A stretch of 64,000 nt of DNA, taken from IMG/VR virus record IMGVR_UViG_3300023184_000097; one strand, given 5' to 3'. Made by a program: the position numbers and the translations under genes. Below are positions 41,165-49,912 of this stretch, piece by piece. The DNA comes from an uncultured virus (IMG/VR IMGVR_UViG_3300023184_000097) (taxonomy: Duplodnaviria > Heunggongvirae > Uroviricota > Caudoviricetes). Under the pieces are notes generated by a model, which had not been told where the DNA came from, did not search any database, and saw nothing but the letters and a program-made list of their open reading frames with translations. Numbering within the stretch: the stretch's first letter is position 1; each line of letters starts with the position of its first letter.

Positions 41165-41806
41165 TTATTCTTCTGTGTGATGATCTTTAGGTAGAACCAG
41201 ATGTTTAACAGGTCTTCCCTTCATGATCTTCGATATCTCGTTTAAGCTGTATGGTTTAAAATTGTTTCCGTCTACGCCAACATCCATTGCTTGGCCTTCG
41301 TGAATTTTTAGATTAGGTGGTAAATGTAAGTGCCCATGTAGATGTGGAATCCTCTTATTCATACCATCCCAACTTGCTATTGGAAAGTGACAGCATACAA
41401 ATTGATGTTTTTCGGTTTTATCACCTACAGGTCTTCTGATATCCAAAATATCATAGCTTGAAACATGTTTGAAGTAACTTCTTACTCCCCCCTTGTCGTT
41501 TAGTATGTGGTGATCGTGGTTTCCTAAGAAGAGTATGATGTTCTTGCAAGCTATTCTCTTCCTAAATTCACCAATTGATTCGAATCCACCAAAGCTCCAG
41601 TCACCAAGATGAACTAGTATATCATCAGGGCCAACCACTGCGTTTATCTCGTAAACTAGTCGATCATTCATTTCATTTAACGAATGGAATTTCCTAGTTC
41701 CCCTACCCTCCGGCCATTCACTGGTAGCACTACAGATATTTCTGTGGAACGCATGCGAATCAGAGGTGAAAAATATGTTCTGATTTTTTTCTAATACTAT
41801 TTTCAT
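41165..41806 (-). CDS. Calcineurin-like metallophosphoesterase
   Basis: SDSH, LGD, GNHD, HGHLH, DVGVD. Confidence 0.85.
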   Translation of the reverse strand: MKIVLEKNQNIFFTSDSHAFHRNICSATSEWPEGRGTRKFHSLNEMNDRLVYEINAVVGPDDILVHLGDWSFGGFESIGEFRKRIACKNIILFLGNHDHHILNDKGGVRSYFKHVSSYDILDIRRPVGDKTEKHQFVCCHFPIASWDGMNKRIPHLHGHLHLPPNLKIHEGQAMDVGVDGNNFKPYSLNEISKIMKGRPVKHLVLPKDHHTEE

Positions 41807-41809
41807 TTC

Positions 41810-42949
41810 TTAATCTTTTTTAATCCATTTTGAATCTGTTGGAATTTCTTCTTCCTTATTCCAGAAAGGTTTTTGATATTTTGGCTTTAGCATTTTCCAT
41901 ATAATGTGATCATAGTCCTTTCTATCCCACATTGCAAAACATATAGATCTTATGCTTGGCTCAACCTTACAAAATTCTAGATGCTCGGCAAACTCTTTTT
42001 TAGTAGGCTCTGTTTCGCGGTCACTGTATTTACCATATCTAAAGTAATCGTGGACCTTACCTGCTCTCTCACCAATTGCGTATTTACTGTACTTTAAATC
42101 ACGAATCGTTCTCTTAACCCATTTATCAAATTCATCAGGAACTCTATCTAGAAACTCGTCGACATTCTTTCCGTCTTTTAACAGCTCCCAGATATCAACG
42201 TTTGAGAAGTTTGTTATCAACCTATGTAACCTGACGTACTCCTCCCCTTTAATCTTCATTCTGAATCCAGATTTGAATTTGATTACAAATCCTTCTGCAT
42301 TATTCTCGATAATAGATTTCAGTTGCTTGTAATCCTGAACACCATCGTATTTTTTAACAATCTTAAATCCTAGATTGTTGTACATATTAACAAATCTAAT
42401 ACCCTCTAAATGTATGCTATTATGGTGGATTCTAAGTTCATAACCATCTTTGTTATCAATTACCCCAAGAAGTATTAAGTCCTCATAGTCATAGTTGCAC
42501 ACGATCCTGTTTTCGGGATAGATGATCTCGAACAGATAGGTAAATCCTGGGATCAGTCTCTCATATCTGTATTTTTTTAGGATTTCTTTACCCCTTATTG
42601 CCTGCTCAGAAACGAAAGATCCTCTGGTAGCCAAATGCCATTCGCTCTCATAGTGGAAAAGAATTACTAATGATCCGTCCATTTTTTCGAACACTTCAAA
42701 CTCCTCATTTGGAATTTCCTCCGGCTTATGCTCTTCCATGTTGAAGAACTTAGGAAAAGATCTAGCCACAATGTTACCCTCACGATCTAAAACCGTACCC
42801 CTCATATTTAACGTGATTTCATCCCACAATTGCGAAAATTGGCAATCTCTAGAATAGTTATAGATGTCTATAGGCAGAGTTGGGTGAGAATTCTTGATCA
42901 GAAGTCCACGCTCAATATAGTCATTTAATGTGTTTAAATCGTATTTCAT
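41810..42949 (-). CDS. T4 Rnl1-like RNA ligase
   Basis: RG.VLD, FPKFFN, EKMDGS, ATRGSF, FEII.PENRIV, EGFV, KIKGEEY. Confidence 0.9.
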   Translation of the reverse strand: MKYDLNTLNDYIERGLLIKNSHPTLPIDIYNYSRDCQFSQLWDEITLNMRGTVLDREGNIVARSFPKFFNMEEHKPEEIPNEEFEVFEKMDGSLVILFHYESEWHLATRGSFVSEQAIRGKEILKKYRYERLIPGFTYLFEIIYPENRIVCNYDYEDLILLGVIDNKDGYELRIHHNSIHLEGIRFVNMYNNLGFKIVKKYDGVQDYKQLKSIIENNAEGFVIKFKSGFRMKIKGEEYVRLHRLITNFSNVDIWELLKDGKNVDEFLDRVPDEFDKWVKRTIRDLKYSKYAIGERAGKVHDYFRYGKYSDRETEPTKKEFAEHLEFCKVEPSIRSICFAMWDRKDYDHIIWKMLKPKYQKPFWNKEEEIPTDSKWIKKD

Positions 42950-43290
42950 TCTCTTATTACGCGATAATATATTTCTTTTGGGTAATGACCAAATACAAAA
43001 ACTGTAACTGAGCAAAGCCAAAGTATTTGGTTAATATCTTCCCCCTTGAAAGTGTGAGCTATGTAAGTAGCTCCGGATTCGTCACTCTCGTATAGAACTA
43101 TTTTCTCTGTTAGCGAATCCTGATCCGATAAAGCTAATGTAACAGCTTCTCTGTTTTCTGAAATGAAATCCAGCCAATCATCAGCTCCTGCTACCATCTC
43201 GCACTCCTCCTCTGTTCCTCCTTGAGCAATATACTCCGGAAGATCAGCATACCATCTTCGATCTTCGCCTTTATAAAATCTTATTACCAT
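42946..43290 (-). CDS. DUF6717-like protein
   Basis: WYADLP, MVAGAD, WLCSVT..VFG.YP. Confidence 0.6.
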   Translation of the reverse strand: MVIRFYKGEDRRWYADLPEYIAQGGTEEECEMVAGADDWLDFISENREAVTLALSDQDSLTEKIVLYESDESGATYIAHTFKGEDINQILWLCSVTVFVFGHYPKEIYYRVIRE

Positions 43291-43738
43291 TGTCAAGTTT
43301 TCTTTCTATGTGTGCTGCAATATCAATAATAGAATTGCTATCAATCCAGTTGTAACTTTCCCCGTTAAACACAACGGAGAAATCCCCATCTGTCCAATCA
43401 TAAACAGCTGCATCAAACTTTTTAATTTCAATCTGTTTTTCGTTGAGCTCATTTATTATCTTGTTGAATATTTCAGAACGGCTTTTAGCTCTCCTGCTCT
43501 TCGTTCCGAAATATTGTGTTCCCCCGTGATTGGCGCATCTCAGCATAAGATGTAGAGTCTTATAATCCTTCACCTTCTCGTAATTGTCGAGAATGTAGAT
43601 CTTTGCTGCTTCTACAAGAGATCTTGTTTCTGCTGAAAGTTCTATATAAAGGGTTTCAAAGCTTCCCCCGTTATATTTTTTACCTCCTCTGATTACGGAA
43701 AGAACTTCTTCTTCTCCTTTTGATACATCTACTAGCAT
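43271..43738 (-). CDS. Hypothetical protein
   Basis: ORF after an early promoter at 43764-43795. Confidence 0.55.
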   Translation of the reverse strand: MLVDVSKGEEEVLSVIRGGKKYNGGSFETLYIELSAETRSLVEAAKIYILDNYEKVKDYKTLHLMLRCANHGGTQYFGTKSRRAKSRSEIFNKIINELNEKQIEIKKFDAAVYDWTDGDFSVVFNGESYNWIDSNSIIDIAAHIERKLDNGNKIL

Positions 43739-43795
43739 AGTTGGTATTTTAATTGTTCTACCGCAATGCTAAGTAAAATTTTCGGGGTAAAAAAA

Positions 43796-44626
43796 TTAAA
43801 TTGGAAGTTTTATCCTACTTAAAAGACTATTTGAGACGTGTGTGTAAATTTCTGTTGTTTTAGAGCTGGAATGACCTGCTATTTTTTGAATAATCCTTAG
43901 ATCAGTTCCTGATTCTAATAGGTTGGTGAAAGAGGAATGCCTTAGTGTATGTATTGATGACCCGTCATCAATGTATTTTTTATAAATTTGCTGACAGCTT
44001 CGTATTGAATACAATGAAGAATTTTGCCCATTAAAAAGATAATCTGAAGGTTTATACTCTTTAAAATATTCTCTTAGCAAAGTTAAAACAGTTAATGACA
44101 GCGGAACTATCCTATCCTTTCTGCCTTTTGCGTTTTTGATGTGTATAAGCATCCTTTTTGAGTCAATATCTTCAATCTTTAGATTAACTATTTCAGACAC
44201 CCTTAATCCAACTGAATAGGTTAGTGTTAAGATTGCTTTGTGTTTCAGATTACCAATCTTGTTTAGTTTTTCTTTTATAAATTCACCATCAATAACTCTG
44301 GGTAGCTTCTTTTCCGATTTTGGTCTTTTAAACGATACCTTATCGTATTTCTTATCAAGTCCGTACTTATACAGAAATCTAATAGCGTTAATAACCTGGT
44401 TTTGTTGAGAAACAGAGGTGAATTGATAATTATCTAGATATGATTGAAAATCTTTGGAACTACAATGAATTATCTGTTTGTCATTAAGAGTATTAAGAAA
44501 ATCTTTAATATGACACATATAATTGTCTTTTGTTCTTGGTGAGTAGTTTAAATATATAAACTTTTCCTCACAAATCTTTATAATTTTTTGATTCAAAGTG
44601 TTGATATTAAATGGTTTATGGTACAC
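43796..44626 (-). CDS. Tyrosine recombinase (integron-integrase-like, lacking the IntI-specific insertion)
   Basis: SAM-like N domain (SQQNQVINAIRFLY), KLPRVI, GLRVSE, AKGRKDR, HTLRHS, GHSS, TTEIYTH: all R-K-H-R-H-Y residues present. Confidence 0.92.
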   Translation of the reverse strand: MYHKPFNINTLNQKIIKICEEKFIYLNYSPRTKDNYMCHIKDFLNTLNDKQIIHCSSKDFQSYLDNYQFTSVSQQNQVINAIRFLYKYGLDKKYDKVSFKRPKSEKKLPRVIDGEFIKEKLNKIGNLKHKAILTLTYSVGLRVSEIVNLKIEDIDSKRMLIHIKNAKGRKDRIVPLSLTVLTLLREYFKEYKPSDYLFNGQNSSLYSIRSCQQIYKKYIDDGSSIHTLRHSSFTNLLESGTDLRIIQKIAGHSSSKTTEIYTHVSNSLLSRIKLPI

Positions 44627-44656
44627 TTACTTATATATAATAGTTATACACAATGC
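44627..44656 (+). other. attI-like site / start of cassette 1 (G|TTATACACAATGC at 44643)
   Basis: GTT core with no preceding hairpin; 13/14 reverse-complementary to GCACTGTGTATAAC (45136-45149). Confidence 0.7.
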
Positions 44657-44703
44657 TACATTTCTACTTCTAATCAAGTTCATCTAATAAAAATTAAAAA
44701 TTA

Positions 44704-45081
44704 TTAGTCATTGATTACATCCCAAGTAAAAATTGAATGGATAACTATTTCACCATCTTTATATTGTTCTGATGTTCCTGTGCTTCTTATTCCAAATATA
44801 CAATTCATATTATTAATAAAATTGTCTGCTTGTTTTCCGTTATCATTATTCAAAAATTCAACATCACCATAAACTTTACCATCTACAAAAGTTAAATTTT
44901 TAATTGAATGTGATGCTCTTGATAACGAAATCTCAAATGTTTCTGGATTCCCTATTTCACCAAATAAACATCCAATTTTATTAATTTTTTCATTCAATTT
45001 TTCTACTTGTGTTTCTGCACTTTCTATATTAATACCTTTCCATCTTTCAGTATTAAAATCTGTCAATAAATAATTTTTCAT
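44704..45081 (-). CDS. Cassette 1: prohead-protease-like (gp21) degenerate homolog
   Basis: FGEIGNP...ISLSRASHSI...VYGDVEFL...NGK...FGIRSTG. Confidence 0.55.
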   Translation of the reverse strand: MKNYLLTDFNTERWKGINIESAETQVEKLNEKINKIGCLFGEIGNPETFEISLSRASHSIKNLTFVDGKVYGDVEFLNNDNGKQADNFINNMNCIFGIRSTGTSEQYKDGEIVIHSIFTWDVIND

Positions 45082-45142
45082 AATTTTTAATTTTTTTATA
45101 TTTGTTTTTTAATTAAAGTTTCTACCAAATAAACCGCACTGT

Positions 45143-45237
45143 GTATAACAAGGTGTATAAGAAAGTTTGCTGTTAAGTTCAGTTGTAATTTGAAAATTTA
45201 TCTAAGCAAACCTTCTCATACACCAAAACCGTTATAA
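45143..45237 (+). repeat. attC-like site 1 (95 bp)
   Basis: GTATAAC; arms GGTGTATAAGAAAGTTTGCT / AGCAAACCTTCTCATACACC; AACC-GTTATAA. Confidence 0.9.
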
Positions 45238-45468
45238 AACATTTCCTCGCTTCTTTAGTTCTTCCATCATCCATTTTGCTCCTTTATCGTGATAGCACCA
45301 CGCTACCCCTTGCACAAACTCTGCCTCTATCCTGCACACCCTCAACGATTCCTTATGTATTTCATCATCGCTCGGAAACGATTTTATAACATAGGATTTA
45401 TTCAATTGCTCGGCTTTGTAGTCAGCAATAACTTTTTCTGCTTTTTTCAACTGTTCTTCTGTTATCAT
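45232..45468 (-). CDS. Cassette 2 hypothetical protein
   Basis: Likely start MITEEQ inside the site 2 loop; stop is the TAA of the core. Confidence 0.6.
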   Translation of the reverse strand: MITEEQLKKAEKVIADYKAEQLNKSYVIKSFPSDDEIHKESLRVCRIEAEFVQGVAWCYHDKGAKWMMEELKKRGNVL

Positions 45469-45516
45469 ATTTTGTAATTTTTTATTCGCAACTAAATAAA
45501 TCCTCAACCGTTATAT
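45384..45516 (+). repeat. attC-like site 2 (133 bp)
   Basis: Arms AGGATTTATTCAATTGC / GCAACTAAATAAATCCT. Confidence 0.9.
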
Positions 45517-45801
45517 GCAATTAAAAATGGGCAACGACCACCGTTTTGCATTTGGAAATTTCTTTTTATACATTGCTTTCACTCTAAGTTTTACGAGTTC
45601 TTTAATCTGTTCATCATTCATCCAAGAAGCACTTTTATCACTTAATCTTGTAGAAACAATTATAGTAGCTTCTTCGTCAAGTAGAAATGGGTGTCCGTGT
45701 TTAAACTCGTAAAACCACCTTTTCAACTGCCCATTTTTAACAGCATATAACAAAGTATTGCCAATAGTGGGGGTTTCGTGCTTTTTTGAATCTGTGTGCA
45801 T
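45511..45801 (-). CDS. Cassette 3 hypothetical protein
   Basis: Starts in the site 3 loop, stops at the core TAA. Confidence 0.6.
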   Translation of the reverse strand: MHTDSKKHETPTIGNTLLYAVKNGQLKRWFYEFKHGHPFLLDEEATIIVSTRLSDKSASWMNDEQIKELVKLRVKAMYKKKFPNAKRWSLPIFNCI

Positions 45802-45876
45802 ATTTTGAACTTTAGTTTGTTAATTGAACTTTGGTGGTGTAATGCCCCACCATCGGCAATACTTGGAACGTTATCG
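45745..45876 (+). repeat. attC-like site 3 (132 bp)
   Basis: Arms AAGTATTGCCAATAGTGGGG / CCCCACCATCGGCAATACTT. Confidence 0.9.
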
Positions 45877-45888
45877 GCAAGTTTGGTT

Positions 45889-46152
45889 TCAATTTTTTTC
45901 CTTCCCGCAGTAGTGCGAATGCCAACCGTCAATCTTATTTAGAATTTCAGTTGATATTCCTTTCAACAATAATTCGTCCTGTTCAACAAATTTCTGTTCC
46001 CACCTTGCCCCGCACTTACATACCCAATCAACATGGAATGATGTTGAGCAATCCATGAATTTACTTATTCGGTGCATCTTGTAATGATGCTCCACCGCTT
46101 TCCATTTCCAGAACAGAAATTTTTTCTCTACTATGCAATTATTGTTTTCCAT
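45889..46152 (-). CDS. Cassette 4 hypothetical protein
   Basis: ORF between sites 3 and 4. Confidence 0.6.
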   Translation of the reverse strand: MENNNCIVEKKFLFWKWKAVEHHYKMHRISKFMDCSTSFHVDWVCKCGARWEQKFVEQDELLLKGISTEILNKIDGWHSHYCGKEKN

Positions 46153-46215
46153 TTGTATATTTATTTAATGATGAAATTCTAAACCCTCAGCACAAAAATT
46201 GAAACCAAACCAGAC

Positions 46216-46301
46216 CGATAACAACGGATATAAGAAAGTAAAAAATTCTTGTTTATTTTTCATTGGTATTTTTTCCCTTCTCATATCCGCAACCGTTAGC
46301 A
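46216..46301 (+). repeat. attC-like site 4 (86 bp)
   Basis: Arms CGGATATAAGAAAG / CCTTCTCATATCCG. Confidence 0.88.
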
Positions 46302-46514
46302 TCAATGCCTACGAATCTGACAAATTAAATTGTATAGATGTAAATAACTTTTATCTTCACAATTATCCATACCGCTATTTGATGGGTTCTTTGATGCGTA
46401 CCTCAATGCTGTATAAACAGATTCGCTTTTAAGCCATTCCGTTAAGGCACTGATGCTAACACCACCTATACCCAATTGGGCATCTTCTTGTTTGTTAATA
46501 TTTTCGTGTTCCAT
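46302..46514 (-). CDS. Cassette 5 hypothetical protein
   Basis: Starts in the site 5 loop (QLGIGGVSIS crosses the core). Confidence 0.55.
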   Translation of the reverse strand: MEHENINKQEDAQLGIGGVSISALTEWLKSESVYTALRYASKNPSNSGMDNCEDKSYLHLYNLICQIRRH

Positions 46515-46586
46515 ATTTACTTTATTTTAAGTTGATTATTTTGTCTTTAAAATTGCCCAACTGGGCATAGCTGCAAAACGTTATGG
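46454..46586 (+). repeat. attC-like site 5 (133 bp)
   Basis: Arms CTATACCCAATTGGGCA / TGCCCAACTGGGCATAG. Confidence 0.88.
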
Positions 46587-46618
46587 GAAATTTTAAAAAC
46601 CTTTTCCCACCGCACGGG

Positions 46619-47077
46619 TTAGTCTTCATCATCAATAATCCCTTTATCAATTAGCATTTCTTTTACCTTTTCCCAATTAACATAAGGTCTGCCAACTTGC
46701 TTAATACTTTCGTCACCATCTTTTACAATGTCAACCAAAAGTGGGCATCCTAAAGCAGCATCATCAATGTAAAGTTGTGCGTATGCTTTCGGGCTTGTAG
46801 TCCAAGTGTGCTGTATCGGGTTGGTTTGTATTCCGTAAAGTGGTATTTCGTTTTGTTTAAACCAATCAATTGCATCAGTTAAATAGTTTCCGCTTTCAAG
46901 GTGCAATTCATTGTCCTCTCCCGTTGGATTAACTATGTCGCTTCGCATTGTAAACAAAACTAATTGGTGGTTATTTTTAACCAACTCTTTTAATACAGGC
47001 ACAGCACCAATGTCTTTGCCCACTTTTGGAAATTCGTGTGTTACGCAAGTTCCATCAAAATCAATCGCTATTATCAT
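46619..47077 (-). CDS. Cassette 6: HAD-superfamily phosphatase (BT0820-like)
   Basis: MIIAIDFDGT, LFTMRS, K.YA.LYIDD. Confidence 0.8.
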   Translation of the reverse strand: MIIAIDFDGTCVTHEFPKVGKDIGAVPVLKELVKNNHQLVLFTMRSDIVNPTGEDNELHLESGNYLTDAIDWFKQNEIPLYGIQTNPIQHTWTTSPKAYAQLYIDDAALGCPLLVDIVKDGDESIKQVGRPYVNWEKVKEMLIDKGIIDDED

Positions 47078-47122
47078 TATTTCGTTTTTAAATGCCCACC
47101 CTAAAAGGTTTTTAAAACTATC

Positions 47123-47216
47123 CCATAACACGGGTTTGGCAAAATGCCGCAGGACAGTTAGTGCTAAAATTCAAGTTTCGAGTAGCGGCACTTCGCCAAG
47201 CCCGAAATCGTTAGCA
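47123..47216 (+). repeat. attC-like site 6 (94 bp)
   Basis: Arms CGGGTTTGGCAAAATGCCGC / GCGGCACTTCGCCAAGCCCG. Confidence 0.9.
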
Positions 47217-47456
47217 GAAATGCTTATTGAGCGCATCACATATAATTTCAGCTTCTGCCCTGTCGAATGTTTCGCACATTGAACGCTTCCAGTAATCACC
47301 ATAAGCTTCTTTACCTGCTGCGGTATCAATTATTGTGCATTCAAAACAACAATGTGCTGAAACGCTTTCATCAACAATTATATACCTCGCACTGCTGCTA
47401 ACATCGGCTTGTTGCAATGCCTTACTTTCGTCTGTAATTGAACTTTTGTTTTCCAT
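47211..47456 (-). CDS. Cassette 7 hypothetical protein
   Basis: Starts in the site 7 loop, stops at the core TAA. Confidence 0.6.
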   Translation of the reverse strand: MENKSSITDESKALQQADVSSSARYIIVDESVSAHCCFECTIIDTAAGKEAYGDYWKRSMCETFDRAEAEIICDALNKHFC

Positions 47457-47526
47457 TTTATCTTTTGTTTTTAATTGAACATTTGTTTTTCAAAATCGGC
47501 ACTTCATTTATACCCAACCGTTAGCG
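47396..47526 (+). repeat. attC-like site 7 (131 bp, poorly paired or hybrid)
   Basis: TGCTAAC...CAACCGTTAGCG ends present; arms pair only over TGCC/GGCA. Confidence 0.75.
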
Positions 47527-47781
47527 GCAAGGCTTACCACTTCCATCTGAAAATAATGTGCAGTCAGGAAACGCATCCATGTAATCTGCCATTGCTCTAA
47601 ATTCTGCTCTACTCCAATTGTCGGGGAACATTATTTTATCAGCATAATTACTTGTTGTGCCTTTCGGAATAAATGCAGCTTGACCAAGAGATGTTCGTCT
47701 AAACTCCAGCCCAGCCGCTAACAAATGCTTGGATGCAATTGCTTGTTTCCGTTTTCTAAAAATATTTTTAATCCAATTCAT
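47521..47781 (-). CDS. Cassette 8 hypothetical protein
   Basis: Starts in the site 8 loop, stops at the core TAA. Confidence 0.6.
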   Translation of the reverse strand: MNWIKNIFRKRKQAIASKHLLAAGLEFRRTSLGQAAFIPKGTTSNYADKIMFPDNWSRAEFRAMADYMDAFPDCTLFSDGSGKPCR

Positions 47782-47846
47782 GTTTCCGTTTTTTAATTAA
47801 GTTTATCGTTCAATTTCGCAACTGCACCAAGCATCAACCGTTAGTT
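47716..47846 (+). repeat. attC-like site 8 (131 bp)
   Basis: Arms ATGCTTGGATGCAATTGC / GCAACTGCACCAAGCAT. Confidence 0.88.
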
Positions 47847-48026
47847 GCAATTTGCCCAATCGCACACAAAAGACTTTGGTATTCTAATAAATATTTCTGT
47901 TTCAGTAAGTTTAGCACATTTGAACCTTTGAATGGTGCTTGAAATTGCCACCCACAAAAAAACTGCAACTAACAGCACATAAGCAAAAGCAAGGGTGTTG
48001 TGGTAAAATGATGATTTCTTTTTCAT
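47841..48026 (-). CDS. Cassette 9 small membrane protein
   Basis: TM helix is encoded across the hairpin arm and core; stop at the core TAA. Confidence 0.6.
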   Translation of the reverse strand: MKKKSSFYHNTLAFAYVLLVAVFLWVAISSTIQRFKCAKLTETEIFIRIPKSFVCDWANCN

Positions 48027-48098
48027 ATTAAATTCTATTTTAAAGTTAAATTTTTGTTTTCTAAATCCTTGCCTTCGCCTATCTGCAAACCGTTAGTT
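47967..48098 (+). repeat. attC-like site 9 (132 bp)
   Basis: Arms GCACATAAGCAAAAGCAAGG / CCTTGCCTTCGCCTATCTGC. Confidence 0.88.
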
Positions 48099-48365
48099 GT
48101 AATATTGTTCCCACTCACTTTTGAAGTATTTTATAAGTTCGTTTTCCTTATCAAATTTCTTTGTGTAATCAATATTTAAAAAATGTGTTTTGAAATCATG
48201 TAACATATCATCAATCGCATCTTCAACAGTATCACATTCGTCATAGTAACCAATTTCACTATCAACCCATTTTTTAATATCATCAATACTACAACTAACA
48301 TCAGATATATGTAATTTTTTATTACTCTTATCCAAGTTTTGTTCTAAATTTTTATCTTTATTCAT
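48093..48365 (-). CDS. Cassette 10 hypothetical protein
   Basis: Starts in the site 10 loop (LHISDVSCS), stops at the core TAA. Confidence 0.6.
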   Translation of the reverse strand: MNKDKNLEQNLDKSNKKLHISDVSCSIDDIKKWVDSEIGYYDECDTVEDAIDDMLHDFKTHFLNIDYTKKFDKENELIKYFKSEWEQYYN

Positions 48366-48415
48366 ATTATTTAAGTTTTGTGTTAAACAACTACATATAT
48401 CTGTGACCGTTATAA
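48293..48415 (+). repeat. attC-like site 10 (123 bp)
   Basis: Arms CAGATATATGTAATT / AACTACATATATCTG. Confidence 0.88.
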
Positions 48416-48430
48416 GTAATAAAACAAAAA

Positions 48431-48598
48431 TTATGAATTTAATAATGTTTCTAACTCTTCTATTAGAATTTTACATTTTTCAATTCGTTCTCTTCTTGTT
48501 AAACCACCTGTTTGTTTAATCCAAACTCTATCTTTATCAGTTACATGTTTGTATTCATCATATAACTCTTTTAACCTATTTTCAATTTTTTCTTTCAT
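48431..48598 (-). CDS. Cassette 11 small coiled-coil protein
   Basis: MKEKIENRLKEL... between sites 10 and 11. Confidence 0.55.
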   Translation of the reverse strand: MKEKIENRLKELYDEYKHVTDKDRVWIKQTGGLTRRERIEKCKILIEELETLLNS

Positions 48599-48623
48599 AT
48601 TGTATAATTTTTGTTTTACATAC

Positions 48624-48677
48624 TTATAACAAAGTGTAAAAAACATTAAAACGATTTTTTACACTCAACCGTTATGT
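48624..48677 (+). repeat. attC-like site 11 (54 bp, minimal)
   Basis: Arms AGTGTAAAAAA / TTTTTTACACT. Confidence 0.88.
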
Positions 48678-48698
48678 GCCATTTTAGGAAACACCCCG

Positions 48699-49766
48699 TT
48701 ACTCATTGTTTTTAAGAAGATATTTATTGTTTATCACTTTGAAACTTAAATTATCTTCAACGCAACGCCAAACTAAACCCTCAACATCTACTGATGGATT
48801 AATCACGTCTTTAATTTCAGACAAAGCCAATATTTCGGGTAAAGAGTGATTTAAAACAATTTCCTTATACATTGGGCAATGTGGAATATTATTTGCCAAA
48901 CAAGTTTTTATAAATTCCTGTTGGTTTAATCTTTTGCCGTTTACATTGATATTAAACAACCTAATTTGCTCTTTTTGTAAGTTGTGGTGGTTGCCGTTAA
49001 ATTTGCCTATTGCTTCGCCTTGTACAATTATATCATCAGTTTTAAAGTGCTTTACAAGTTTTGCAATTTCATATTTAAAATTAGTATCAGTAAATACTTT
49101 GTACCAATCATTTTTTTTGTCGTGCAATTCAAATCTTCTACTGCAAATTCTAAACTTACTTTTACCAAAAACCTTTGAATGAATTATTGTAATACTACTA
49201 CCATCAAGTTTATAGCTTACTACAAATAATTTACCAGCGTATTGTTGTAATACATGTGGTATATTTTGTATTCTTTCTTCATCGGTAATTGATACCAAAT
49301 TTTTAGGGAATGGAGAACGGCTTAACCTTTGTAATTTTGGGAACAACTTGAAAAGGAAATTATATTTAAACAAGTAAATCCATTTCTTATACCATTTTTT
49401 AGACATTCTTGGCTTCTCATAGCGTTCTGGGTTATTGTCTGGCTTCTCGTATTTCTTTACTCCCAAAACCTCTGTAATATCATCGCCTTCTTTCCATTTA
49501 CCATTAGGTAAAGGAACTACAAGCCCCTGCGAAATTTGTTTACGCAATTTGATTGTTCTTACTCTAAATTTCCGTTCCCTTAAAAATTCATATTCGGGTA
49601 GTTCGGGAACTACTGTATCAATCTGAATGTAACTACATAAGTCACCCACTTTGTATTCGCCTTTTTTTACTACAATTTCCCAACCTAATACGGTTGCTGT
49701 TTCTATCAAATCTGCACCCTCAATTGGGGTTAATTTGATTACTTTTTGTACACTTGCTAAATTCAT
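48699..49766 (-). CDS. Cassette 12: RNA ligase, DRB0094 family
   Basis: LASVQ..PIEGAD, SQGLVVP, TDEERIQN, KLDGSS, QGE, EGLV, SFKVINN. Confidence 0.9.
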   Translation of the reverse strand: MNLASVQKVIKLTPIEGADLIETATVLGWEIVVKKGEYKVGDLCSYIQIDTVVPELPEYEFLRERKFRVRTIKLRKQISQGLVVPLPNGKWKEGDDITEVLGVKKYEKPDNNPERYEKPRMSKKWYKKWIYLFKYNFLFKLFPKLQRLSRSPFPKNLVSITDEERIQNIPHVLQQYAGKLFVVSYKLDGSSITIIHSKVFGKSKFRICSRRFELHDKKNDWYKVFTDTNFKYEIAKLVKHFKTDDIIVQGEAIGKFNGNHHNLQKEQIRLFNINVNGKRLNQQEFIKTCLANNIPHCPMYKEIVLNHSLPEILALSEIKDVINPSVDVEGLVWRCVEDNLSFKVINNKYLLKNNE

Positions 49767-49817
49767 ATTTTGTTTATTTTAAAAATTAATAATTTGAAGT
49801 CCATAAGAAAAAACGGC

Positions 49818-49912
49818 ACATAACAAGGTGTATATGTAAGTTTTTTATTTAGTTTTTAGTATATATTAAAGTTTAATTTCAAAAAACCTACACATACACT
49901 CAACCGTTATAA
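49818..49912 (+). repeat. attC-like site 12 (95 bp)
   Basis: Arms GTGTATATGTAAGTTTTT / AAAAACCTACACATACAC. Confidence 0.9.
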
